Notes under the pieces: model-generated | What the model was told of the DNA's origin: nothing | Databases searched by the model: none | The model's input: only the letters and a program-made list of their open reading frames with translations | DNA from: Candidatus Obscuribacterales bacterium | Lineage (GTDB): Bacteria; Cyanobacteriota; Vampirovibrionia; Obscuribacterales; Obscuribacteraceae | DNA: 64,000 nt | Direction: 5' to 3' | Assembly: GCA_965228855.1 (NCBI GenBank) | Contig: CBDDIJ010000003.1 | Location: forward strand, 2,560,001-2,624,000 | Translations under genes and position numbers: made by a program | Part shown: positions 1 to 9,667 of the stretch, one piece after another | How positions within the stretch are numbered: the first letter of the stretch is position 1 | How the letters are laid out: each line of letters opens with the position of its first letter

Positions 1-3000
1 CGAAGTAATCGTTTCGATTGTCTCCTTCTCGATGAAGCTGTCCATTTCATCGAGATAGAGAGAAACTGGACGATCGTCGTTATTCGACTTCGACAAGTTC
101 ATAGCCGCTTGCTGAATTCCAGTCACAATCAAGCTTCCCAACAGGTTGGCGTTCTGGTCCAACTCGCCTTGTGGAACTTTTACAATCAGAATCTTTTTCT
201 GCTTGATGATGTCTTTCAATTTAAGGTCACTGACCGGCTTCGTAAGAATCGGCCGAATACGTCCATCCGAAAGCATCGGTCCAACTCTGTTCAAAATCGG
301 CTCAACCCAGTTGATCCACTGATCCGTTCTAGCCAGCTTCTTGTACTGGTTCCAAGTTTCCAGAATGGTAATGTACTCGGTCTTGTCGTGTTTTTTACGC
401 TCAACAGCTTCCAACATGATGTCGCGGAAATCGTTGTCCTGCAGGAGGTTTGGCAGGTCGGTCAAGGTTCGTCCATTGGCCATCAACAGCAAGGCCGCGT
501 TTCTCAAAATGTTGGCAGTTTGGGCGTTCCACTGACTCTGAGCCCCTGGAGGCTCGGTGTAAATTGCTTTAAAACCGTGAACGATTGCCGACGATGCCGC
601 TTGCAGGTCGCCATCATCCGGCATCTCGAGAGGGTTGTACGCTAATGAACCGGCTTTGTACGTCGGGTCTACGAGTACCACGCGCTTAGCGTATTTCGAA
701 CCTTCAGGCTGCGAAGCGATCCACTCAATGATCAAATCACACAGCTGTCCGTCGGAATCGATCAAAACAACTGCTCGATCTTCAGACTTGATGTCATGCG
801 TGATCATTGATGCCATCAGCCGCGTCTTACCCTTGTCACCGCCGCCGATGCACAATATATGTGGGTTGGCCCTGCGAATATCAGGAGGAAGATTCAAGAA
901 TTTAGGTGTCCAGAATGACCACCAGCCCCACTCCATGCGCGTCCCGAACGGAGTGCCGCCTGGTGTGAGAGCCTTACCGTACTCACGAACCATTTTCATA
1001 TGATCAGGTCTGAACTGCGACGGAATGTATTTTTGTTTCTCCCAAACGTTCATCCAGCCCGAAGGGCCGAAGAGCTTGAGGAAGAACAAGAATATGAATA
1101 CACCCAGCGCTACCAAACCGAGCGCGATGGTTAGGAACATCTGCTGGAGGTTGCCAGGTCCAGGTTTTCCGGTTGTCGCGGGAGTAGGTACGTTGACCAG
1201 ACCAGGCTTGGGCAGACTCATATTAGGCAATGCAAACGCACCTGCTTGAGGATTGTTGGCAGCAACCATCGTCTGCGATGCGCGCCACTTGCCTCGAATA
1301 GGTATGACTTTCGACGGCTTCAATGTGCTGAATGAAGAGCCGACGCGCTTCTGAGTTTGATAGGCTCCGACGGCTTGAAGCTGAGCGCCGTTAGGTATCA
1401 ACTTTCCTTGAAAGACTATGTACTCATTGTGAGCGTTGTATTTATGCCGCGACTCCTGATCGTATCTCATGTTGAACATGATGACGTCCGGTGCTTGCAG
1501 TTGCCCCTGTATCTCGAACACACCAGACGAGTCCTTGCCCTGACCGGCAAAATTGACGCCGCCCTGGTTCAAATTCATTTGTCCGGTCAGGATCTTCGCT
1601 CCGACCTGACTTTCAATTGTCCAGTTGCCACCAACGACTGGAATTCCATTGGTGAACTCCGCCGCAGGCGCCTGTTGTCCCTGACCAGGCATCCCCTGAC
1701 CTGGCATCGTCTGTCCGGGTTGACCCTGTCCGGGCATACCTTGCATGCCCCCCTGCCCAGGCATTCCACCGGCAGCCGACATCGCACCCTGACCGGCGAG
1801 ACCACCGAAAGCCCCAGCTCCCTGTCCCAATCCGGAGCCAGCTCCAGAACGGCCACCGCCCAGACCTCCCAGACCACCGAGGGCTCCCATGCCACCACCT
1901 GTGGGGGCTTGGGCAGTCTGCTGTTGTGCTGCGCTACCGTTCGCCATGTTGACGAAACTCATCACCCAGCCCGGGATCTGAATGGCAATAAAGAGCCCGA
2001 CTGCACATAGCACGCCGGCCGTTTTTCTTGAAACATTCAATCCTATGAATTTGACATCTTCTTCCAGCCAGCCGAGTGCGCCACCAGGTGCTCCGCTGGA
2101 AGCGTCATCTTCGTCTTCGTCGTCATCGGAAACCTTTCCTTTTTTGACTGCTTTCGTTATTGTCTTTGCTCTAGACTTAGGAGCAGTCTCATCACCACTG
2201 AAGTTCCGACGCTTCGGCGGTTTGTATTTCGGCTTATCATCATCGTCATCATCATCTTCTTCATCGGAAAGCTTGTCTTCGATGTCGCTCGAGGATGAAA
2301 CATTCGCATCATCGTCGCTGACCTTCAAGCGCGTCTTTGTCTGAGTCTGGGTCAAGCTCTTAGGCATGGCTACCTTAGGACGATCTTGGGCAGTTGAGTC
2401 TACCGCAGAATCAGGAGTCTGCTGCTGAGTGACGGAGGACGCCAGATCGGAACTGGTATCAGCGGAGACGGCCGGAGAACTGACATTTGGTTTATCGGAA
2501 TCATCGGAGAATGACTGTTTTCGGGCAGCAGCGCTGGCCGGGCTGGAAAAGAAATCAAAACCGTTATCGTCATCGCCGAAGAAACTCGAGGACTCCGCGC
2601 GCTTCATCTCCGGTTCCGGCGATGACACCGCGGGCGGTTCCGCTGCCGGCGCTGCGGCAATCGGAGCGACCGGCGCTGGCGGAGCGGCAGGAACCATTAG
2701 TGTTTCTGCACTTGGGGTGGCTGAGCGTGCGGAAAAACTTTCCAATGACGTGCTCGCCGTATCAGGTATATTGGTTTCAGCAGTGACATCCGACTCAATC
2801 GGATTTCGCTCCGGTTCTGCTTTGGTCTGAGGACCAAAGAAATCTTCGAGTTCAGATTTACTGCCGGCTTCAAAAAAGTCGTCCTGAGAATCTCGTGCGG
2901 CACCAGGCTCGGTACCAGGTGCGAAATTGTCCGCAAATGAACTTGTTTCGGAAGATGGCTCAGCCAGCGGACTCTCGGTGGCGGGCGAAACAGATTCAAG

Positions 3001-4026
3001 AGCAACCGACTCGCGAACCGGTGCTGTCGACTGGGTCGGCTCCACAGATTGAGAATCGCTCGGCGCCTGCGTAGCCTCAGCCCGTTTGTTCAACATCTGA
3101 TTGGCAACTGCTCCCACACCGATTCCGGCGCCAATGGCGATAGAAATTGCGGCTCCTGGGTGTGCCCCAAAGCCAGCCAGGTGCATGCTGGGATTTGTTG
3201 TAATCGAGGAGGATTGCGGTTGAGCCGCAGTCTCAGGTTGAACGTCTTGCGCCTCGAGATCTCGAGCAGCGGTTATCTCTGATGCGAGGGTCGGGAAATC
3301 AGTCGAGCTATCTTCCAGAGACATTTCGCCGAGCGCTTCAACCGCTTTGTTTTTCGGCTGCGCCGGCGGTTCAGGCTCTTCAATGAGCTCCACAGATTCG
3401 CGAGCATTTTTTAAGTAGTAATCGTTGGGACTTCCAGGACTGTAGAACCCGCTACCCGAGCTGGGAGCAGCGGGCTGTGCCTGCGGCTGAGGATCGGAAT
3501 TCCAGAATTCACCGGACGGCGCACTTGAAGAATTTTGCGCTCCAGGATCGACAAAGCGCCCCTCGGCAGGCGTCATCTGAGAGCCAGAGTTGCTCCAGCC
3601 GAAACCGTTAGGATCCTGAGCCGGGTCTGCGTACTGAAGAGTGGCGTACTGACTGCTGCCGCCGTTGCCTCCATATCCATCGTGCCCATTGCCGCCATAA
3701 CCGCCGTTGCCACCATTACCACTACCACCGTTACCCCCGTAGGCAGCATAGCCGGTTGTCGGAGAGTAGTCTTCTCCTCCGTCGTCGTACATCGGTGTGG
3801 ATGACACTTGCGGTCTCAGGGTCATGACACTGACCTGACGCTCAGTGACGACTCTCTCCAGCAGAAGATGGTCCTGGCTGTATCGCACGGCCAAAGGCGG
3901 ACGCTCAACCGGAAAGTTGGGCATCGCAGTCGGTGAGTTCAATGCCAGCTGTATGCCGCATCCGGAGCAATGCTTCCCCTTTGTCCGAATAACTACCCCA
4001 CAACTCTGGCAAATAAGAAGTTTCAA
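1..4026 (-). CDS. Large membrane-anchored VirD4/TraD-like (T4SS coupling protein-type) ATPase with N-terminal Zn-ribbon and disordered region; 3' end runs out of window
   Basis: Translated by hand: TTG at 4026 after GGAG, no in-frame stop down to base 1. N-term MKLLICQSCG...HCSGCG; two hydrophobic segments (~1950-2020, ~1078-1140); HILCIGGGDKGKT (Walker A, 823-846), VVLIDSDG, YNPL, SLYLDE (Walker B, 46-60). Confidence 0.85.
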   Translation of the reverse strand, partial: MKLLICQSCGVVIRTKGKHCSGCGIQLALNSPTAMPNFPVERPPLAVRYSQDHLLLERVVTERQVSVMTLRPQVSSTPMYDDGGEDYSPTTGYAAYGGNGGSGNGGNGGYGGNGHDGYGGNGGSSQYATLQYADPAQDPNGFGWSNSGSQMTPAEGRFVDPGAQNSSSAPSGEFWNSDPQPQAQPAAPSSGSGFYSPGSPNDYYLKNARESVELIEEPEPPAQPKNKAVEALGEMSLEDSSTDFPTLASEITAARDLEAQDVQPETAAQPQSSSITTNPSMHLAGFGAHPGAAISIAIGAGIGVGAVANQMLNKRAEATQAPSDSQSVEPTQSTAPVRESVALESVSPATESPLAEPSSETSSFADNFAPGTEPGAARDSQDDFFEAGSKSELEDFFGPQTKAEPERNPIESDVTAETNIPDTASTSLESFSARSATPSAETLMVPAAPPAPVAPIAAAPAAEPPAVSSPEPEMKRAESSSFFGDDDNGFDFFSSPASAAARKQSFSDDSDKPNVSSPAVSADTSSDLASSVTQQQTPDSAVDSTAQDRPKVAMPKSLTQTQTKTRLKVSDDDANVSSSSDIEDKLSDEEDDDDDDDKPKYKPPKRRNFSGDETAPKSRAKTITKAVKKGKVSDDDEDEDDASSGAPGGALGWLEEDVKFIGLNVSRKTAGVLCAVGLFIAIQIPGWVMSFVNMANGSAAQQQTAQAPTGGGMGALGGLGGLGGGRSGAGSGLGQGAGAFGGLAGQGAMSAAGGMPGQGGMQGMPGQGQPGQTMPGQGMPGQGQQAPAAEFTNGIPVVGGNWTIESQVGAKILTGQMNLNQGGVNFAGQGKDSSGVFEIQGQLQAPDVIMFNMRYDQESRHKYNAHNEYIVFQGKLIPNGAQLQAVGAYQTQKRVGSSFSTLKPSKVIPIRGKWRASQTMVAANNPQAGAFALPNMSLPKPGLVNVPTPATTGKPGPGNLQQMFLTIALGLVALGVFIFLFFLKLFGPSGWMNVWEKQKYIPSQFRPDHMKMVREYGKALTPGGTPFGTRMEWGWWSFWTPKFLNLPPDIRRANPHILCIGGGDKGKTRLMASMITHDIKSEDRAVVLIDSDGQLCDLIIEWIASQPEGSKYAKRVVLVDPTYKAGSLAYNPLEMPDDGDLQAASSAIVHGFKAIYTEPPGAQSQWNAQTANILRNAALLLMANGRTLTDLPNLLQDNDFRDIMLEAVERKKHDKTEYITILETWNQYKKLARTDQWINWVEPILNRVGPMLSDGRIRPILTKPVSDLKLKDIIKQKKILIVKVPQGELDQNANLLGSLIVTGIQQAAMNLSKSNNDDRPVSLYLDEMDSFIEKETIETITS

Positions 4027-4657
4027 GGTAACGCTCCAATAGAATCTAAGAATTACTTACCCGGCTTTGGCGTTTCCCGCACAGCCCAGCGGCTGATTAA
4101 AAACACGGTTCGGAACAAAAGCCGTTCAACTAGCTTGAGAAACTCTGGGTTGTTAGTAAGTGTCGAACTGCCGAACGGACAAGCGATCTGGCTACTCAAG
4201 CTGCATACTAACCTCAGCAAATCCACTTGTCAAGCGGATCTATTACTAATCATCGCTCTTTTTAGGCAGTTTGTCTCGAAAAGATTAGGCAGATAAATCG
4301 GACATTCTCACGAAAACGAACCTCGAATTCGTTTTTCATTTATAAGAGTAGAACTAACAGCTTTCTACTGTTTACTGGGGTCCAGACAGTCATCAACAGT
4401 GCGAGTCGCGGCAAATAAATACCTCACCCAAAATTGAATTGAAGACATCCGCTAATCAAGGCATTAAACTAGGGACAGGCAGGAATTTGCCTGGGAGTTC
4501 ATCCTGACTACCTGCGCGTTTGCTTAAACAAACGAGATTGACGGAGAGCGAGCGCAGAGTTACCAGCGATTGCGGGTACAAGTAAATAAGGTGTATCCGA
4601 ATGTCAGATCACGGGGGCGACTGACACTCGGTGTAAGGATCTGGAGAAGGCAACCAA

Positions 4658-7600
4658 ATGGCACGGGACGAAGACAGTAACGGCAATGGCAATGGCAACG
4701 GAAATGGAAAGTCTGGAAGACAAGACTCGCCGCTCTCCGCTCGCAGAGCCCGTCTACGCTCATTAGCGAAACAGGCGCTGCCGCCGGATCCTTACTCAAA
4801 AAAGCAGGATGCGGAAGGCGAAGATCCAGCCGCGGGATTTGAATTTGCCGATCAGCAAGGAGCCGCGAGCGGAGCCGTCTCGCAGCCACAGCAGCCTACT
4901 CAACAGAATCCCGAACCCTGGCTCGATGAGGCCATGAAAGCAATCACCCAGGCTCCCACACAGGAAGGCGCGGTTCAGCAGCAACCACCTGCGATGCCAG
5001 TCGGTCACGATCCGAACATGCTCGGGATGCAGTCTCAGATAGGCGACGCGGGCTTTGCAGCAAGCGGCACCTACGGGCAATTTCCGCAAGAAAACCCATT
5101 TCCACCCGACCACTTCAACCAGGGTCAAGCGCAGTTTCCATCACCGCAACAACAGTTTCCGCAGGAACAGCCTCCGTTTCCGCAAGATCCGGCTCAGCAC
5201 TTCGGACAACAACCTGACATGAGCCAGTATGCGGTTTCAACGGCTCAAACAGCCCCTGTGACTCCTCCACCCAACCCCGCGGCGGCAGATATCTTCGGCG
5301 AACAGGATGGAGAATCCTTCGAAAGTTTTATGCAGGGTCCTCCCGAGGCTCCTACAGCCTTCATGGGGATGTCGCAGGAGCCGGCCGGTTATGGTCAGAT
5401 GCCTGCCACGCCGGTGATGCCGACAGAGCCATCGACAGGGTTGGCTCAGGAACAGCCTGTTGAACCACTTCCACAGTCGACATCGCAATCGATTGAGGTT
5501 TCCTACCTGCCCAACTCAAGCGACAAAGATTTCGCGTCAAGTTTGGATCTGGACTATGGAGATCTCGATGATTCCAAGGTTTCAGGCGAAACTGACTCCG
5601 TGACGTCTGAGACAGCCGGAGATGCACCTCCTTCCGAATCCGGTGGAGACTCCGATGCGGAACTGGAAAGCCGACCGTGGGAAGTGAATAAGCCAGGTCC
5701 CGGAAAGATTGAGGATGCCTGGTCCGCGGAAGATGATGGCACAAAAACAGTTGCACGCAATTTGGTGACGGAACCGCCCCGTGAACCTATACCTGCCAGA
5801 GAGGAAGAAGCGCCCAAGGAGCCGGCACCAGCCCCGAAGAAAAAGAGCCGGCGCAAATCTGATCCGGACGAGGTCTCGGAAAAAGCACCAGAGTTAAAGG
5901 CTTCTGATGAAGCGGACGAGCTGGGCTCGGAGAATTCGGAGAGTTCGGAGTCCGGCGAAGTAGAATTACAAAAAACTGAACGAAGACCAGCTCACTCAAA
6001 GAAGGTCGAAGAAGAAGAGAAGCCCGAACAGCAAGAAAGAGCAGAGAAGAAATTGCAAGACCCATCGCCTTCGACTGCGGACTCGCCATCAGGGTCTGTA
6101 GTTCCTGTTGAACTCCTCACGAAGTCACAAGCAGAAGCGCTGGAGTTGCTAACCTCAATCGACCAGGCGCTCGGTATCTGCGCAATGAATTTATCCTCGC
6201 TGCAGAGCGCGTCGATAGAACAGACCGACGTCATTAAGAACCTTCGCGAGACTCTTCAGAATCAAACATTTTTTGAACTGGGATTGAACCTTAACACCTT
6301 GATGGAATCCATGTCAGCCGCTCTCGAGCCGATGAAGGCAGTGGGCGAATTGGTTCCAGCCATCGATCAGCTGGTATCGACAATGGTGGCACAGGAGGAG
6401 GTCAAAAAGGAAACGCGTCTCAGCCCTGACAAGCTGGTCATGAGCCTTGCCGACCAACTCGGAAACGGTCAAATCGATCCATGGACGTTTAAATGTGCAT
6501 ACATGGCGGTCTATCCGGACGAGCATCCTGCCGATTTGCTTCATCGTCTCGTCGACCTGCTAGGCACCCAGAGACTATCGGGCGACATGTTCCGCGCCGC
6601 CTATGACGCGGTTCAAGCAGCTGAACCACCGCGTCGCGTAATGAATGGCGACAAGGAAGTAATTGAAGTCGTCAAGGAAGTAATCAAGGAAGTAGAAGTC
6701 GTTAAGGTTGTTCCGGACGAAGAGGTTCTTCGACAGCTTGAAGACTTGCGGCGAGCCAATGATGACCTCAAAGCTCTCGTCGACGCTAAGGATTCCGATG
6801 TCGGGACCAAGTTCGAGGAGCGCGAGCGTGAGATGTCTCAGCGCCTCGAAGAGAAAGAGCAAGAGCTGAACAAACGCCTCGGCGAGCGCGAAGCGGAGTT
6901 CGCAGAACTGCTCGCTTCCAAAGAGCACGAAATTCAAGAAACACAAGAGATGCTGCATTCGCGGTTCGAAGAATTCAATTCGCGATATGAGGAAATGGTC
7001 GAGACCGTCAACCAGAGAGACGAAGAGCTCAAGGTCAAAGACGATGACCTGATGCGTAAGGAATCTGAGATCACGCAACTCAAAGCTCAACTCGATGAGC
7101 TCAAGGACTCTTTCAAAGAAACCGTAGACAATTTACAAAAGCAACTGACTACCACCCAGAAAGCCGCTCAAGAAGCCAGCATGCAAGCACAAGCGGTGGC
7201 AAAACCGGAAGAGCCCCAAAAGCCGGCTTCAAACTTCTTCGACACCGAAGCCAACAAGCCCGCACCAACAGGCAATTTCCTGGACAGCCCCCAGGCTCAA
7301 CGACCGCTGTTCCAAAATCAGATGGATACGTTCAACAGCATGTCAAAGGCTCCGCCCAGCCAACCAGGTGGACCACCCACGCCTGGCGGACCGCCTAGCG
7401 AACCCAAACCGTTCGGCGGAGGCGCTCCGCCTACCGCTCCAATGCCGGAACCATCGAACCAGGCAGTACCAAAACCTCCGCAGCCATCGCCCGGCATGAG
7501 CTCACTGACAGGCACGGGCAGCTACGGAAGTGGCGTGCGCGCACAGGTTTTCGAAGTCATAGTACGCCAGGCGCTTGCGGGCGCGCCGTGGCGCGAAATC

Positions 7601-7687
7601 TGCGCCGGTCCAATGAGCGTCAACAACATATCGCCGGACGAAGTTGAATCCGAAGTCAAACGTCGCGAGCAACTGCTCAAGAAATAA
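4658..7687 (+). CDS. Hypothetical 1009-aa acidic Pro/Gln/Glu-rich protein with long coiled coil
   Basis: Long ORF, GGAGAAGG RBS, low-complexity N-half, E/K/Q heptad-like segment, compact C-terminal helical domain. Confidence 0.85.
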   Translation: MARDEDSNGNGNGNGNGKSGRQDSPLSARRARLRSLAKQALPPDPYSKKQDAEGEDPAAGFEFADQQGAASGAVSQPQQPTQQNPEPWLDEAMKAITQAPTQEGAVQQQPPAMPVGHDPNMLGMQSQIGDAGFAASGTYGQFPQENPFPPDHFNQGQAQFPSPQQQFPQEQPPFPQDPAQHFGQQPDMSQYAVSTAQTAPVTPPPNPAAADIFGEQDGESFESFMQGPPEAPTAFMGMSQEPAGYGQMPATPVMPTEPSTGLAQEQPVEPLPQSTSQSIEVSYLPNSSDKDFASSLDLDYGDLDDSKVSGETDSVTSETAGDAPPSESGGDSDAELESRPWEVNKPGPGKIEDAWSAEDDGTKTVARNLVTEPPREPIPAREEEAPKEPAPAPKKKSRRKSDPDEVSEKAPELKASDEADELGSENSESSESGEVELQKTERRPAHSKKVEEEEKPEQQERAEKKLQDPSPSTADSPSGSVVPVELLTKSQAEALELLTSIDQALGICAMNLSSLQSASIEQTDVIKNLRETLQNQTFFELGLNLNTLMESMSAALEPMKAVGELVPAIDQLVSTMVAQEEVKKETRLSPDKLVMSLADQLGNGQIDPWTFKCAYMAVYPDEHPADLLHRLVDLLGTQRLSGDMFRAAYDAVQAAEPPRRVMNGDKEVIEVVKEVIKEVEVVKVVPDEEVLRQLEDLRRANDDLKALVDAKDSDVGTKFEEREREMSQRLEEKEQELNKRLGEREAEFAELLASKEHEIQETQEMLHSRFEEFNSRYEEMVETVNQRDEELKVKDDDLMRKESEITQLKAQLDELKDSFKETVDNLQKQLTTTQKAAQEASMQAQAVAKPEEPQKPASNFFDTEANKPAPTGNFLDSPQAQRPLFQNQMDTFNSMSKAPPSQPGGPPTPGGPPSEPKPFGGGAPPTAPMPEPSNQAVPKPPQPSPGMSSLTGTGSYGSGVRAQVFEVIVRQALAGAPWREICAGPMSVNNISPDEVESEVKRREQLLKK

Positions 7688-7693
7688 GAAATA

Positions 7694-7996
7694 CTAGCGT
7701 TGCTGGCTTTCCATCAGGCGTTCGTACTGATGCCAGAGGCGCACGACCGGTTCCAAATTACTCATATAGTGCGCGTTGACCTGAGACGGCAGACTCTGGA
7801 AAGTGGCTAGAATAGTGAAGATTACGAGCCCCAGATTGACCAACGTGCAAAGCACTATGACCGTGCGCGTGAAGCGAAATTGATCGTCCACCTTTTTGCT
7901 GAGTTGGGCGAACTGTTCGTCCCAGGTCTTATCCTTGCTGTCCATTTTTGAAAGACGCTCCCGCACAATTCCGTCGGTCTGTAGTTTGGCTTCCAA
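7694..7996 (-). CDS. Small hypothetical membrane protein
   Basis: One clear TM (TVIVLCTLVNLGLVIFTILA); last gene of a minus-strand run; start uncertain. Confidence 0.6.
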   Translation of the reverse strand: MEAKLQTDGIVRERLSKMDSKDKTWDEQFAQLSKKVDDQFRFTRTVIVLCTLVNLGLVIFTILATFQSLPSQVNAHYMSNLEPVVRLWHQYERLMESQQR

Positions 7997-8020
7997 CGAA
8001 TCACGACAATTATGCCACGG

Positions 8021-9649
8021 CTAGTCAAACGTTATGCGCAACACGACAAATCGCCCGTCAGCACTTATATAAACAGGCTCGACGGACTCTTTACAGGTTT
8101 TGTCGAGAGAGGACGCGAGCGAATAAGCTTGCCCTTCCTCCGCATAACCTGGTTGTGGAGTGACGATTAAGAAACGAACCTTATAGCGCCTCAAGGTTTC
8201 TACCAGTTCTTCGACCGTCCCTAACATGAGTTCGGACTGACCGTAATATGCAGCGCCAATATTCAGGTCGTACGGTCTGATGCACTTGCGTCCCGTATAT
8301 AAATACGTGAGACCATCATAAGTACAAGCGAGCGTATCATCATCAGCCGTATTATGTTTTATCCAATCAAACAATTTTTCGAATCCGCTCCAGTCCGCTC
8401 CATTTCGAGGCACCGACATTAGTGGCATCTGATTAGCGTGATTATTTCTGACCACGGCAGTAAGAAAAACAGCATTTGTTGCGACCATTGCCACCGCGAG
8501 TAATACTACGACTAACGACCGCAACTTTACTCGCGCCAGCATAGTTGAAACTGCTCCAAGGAATCCAGCGGAAAGAAAGGGCATCAGCGGAATTAAAAAG
8601 CGAAATGGAGGCCAGGGCCAGAGGATTACGACTATGGCGTAACCGGCGACCAGAGTAGCAAGCGGTTTCATTTGCCGCACACCGGCAACTACTACCACCC
8701 AGGCGAGCAAACCTCCGAGAACGTAAAGAATGAGGTTGTATGGAGTCGGATTTACAGTTTGAGAAACGCCGCAAAACAAAGCCTTTGTAGTTACGGCTAA
8801 CATTTCCTGCAAATTTTTGCACACGACAGCAAACTCGTGAGATATAGCCAGACGCAGAGCCCACTCAATATAGTTATCCTGATAAGACTGAATTCGATCA
8901 GACGCACCGCCGGTTCTCGAGCCAATTCCGAGCAGCATATGGGAAACTGAAGCAAGCGCAGTCAAACTGCATGAGGAAATTAGAATCGGGTTTAGTAAAC
9001 GTCGCCGCCAGAGAACCAGTAATGCCGCTATCGGTGCGACCCAGCCAATCAAGCGAATCGAAGCGGGTGCCGCCACTGCTACGCCCACGAGAACCTGTAC
9101 AATCGGTGACGGGCATCTATTTGCACAATAGCTATCGATTGCCCACAGGCAAACTATTAGACTCAACGCAAACGGCATCTCAGACAACACCTGACCACCG
9201 AAGAATGCAAAGCCCGGAATACTAATACAAATTGCAGCAGCCGAGGCTGCCACCACCCGTGATGCGTATGAGAATCGTACCAAGTACAGATATGAAAGCG
9301 GGAGAAACAGCGAGGCACTGAACACGCTTACAAGTTGGAGCGCAAAAAGATTTTGTGGAAATTGTGGCAGAGCGGTCCAGACCGTTGCCAGAATCAATGG
9401 ATACAAAATCGGGTATTTCATTTGAGCAGGCTCGCCTGGAAAACTCACGATTCTGTATCCATGTCCTTCGGCGAGTGATTTAGAGATAGTTATGTAGACG
9501 GCATCATCATGGAAGGTGCCGGCCACTTCAGGGATACAGAACGCAAACGATACACCGAACATCGAAAGAAAAAGAAGAGCCGCCACAACGAAATCGAGTT
9601 TGTTTAAACTCTGCGCGGTCGCAGCATGCTCATCGTTGAACACAAACAT
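8021..9649 (-). CDS. GT-C fold (ArnT/PMT-like) integral membrane glycosyltransferase
   Basis: Many TMs; HDDAVYITISKSLAEGHGY after TM1, KYPILYPL, LSEMPF, RFLIPLMP motifs. Confidence 0.75.
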   Translation of the reverse strand: MFVFNDEHAATAQSLNKLDFVVAALLFLSMFGVSFAFCIPEVAGTFHDDAVYITISKSLAEGHGYRIVSFPGEPAQMKYPILYPLILATVWTALPQFPQNLFALQLVSVFSASLFLPLSYLYLVRFSYASRVVAASAAAICISIPGFAFFGGQVLSEMPFALSLIVCLWAIDSYCANRCPSPIVQVLVGVAVAAPASIRLIGWVAPIAALLVLWRRRLLNPILISSCSLTALASVSHMLLGIGSRTGGASDRIQSYQDNYIEWALRLAISHEFAVVCKNLQEMLAVTTKALFCGVSQTVNPTPYNLILYVLGGLLAWVVVVAGVRQMKPLATLVAGYAIVVILWPWPPFRFLIPLMPFLSAGFLGAVSTMLARVKLRSLVVVLLAVAMVATNAVFLTAVVRNNHANQMPLMSVPRNGADWSGFEKLFDWIKHNTADDDTLACTYDGLTYLYTGRKCIRPYDLNIGAAYYGQSELMLGTVEELVETLRRYKVRFLIVTPQPGYAEEGQAYSLASSLDKTCKESVEPVYISADGRFVVLRITFD

Positions 9650-9667
9650 TCAGGTGCGCCTTACTCA

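Noticed and set aside
109..4296. Many plus-strand ORFs in the track
   Set aside because: They are antisense shadows of the long minus-strand coupling-ATPase gene.
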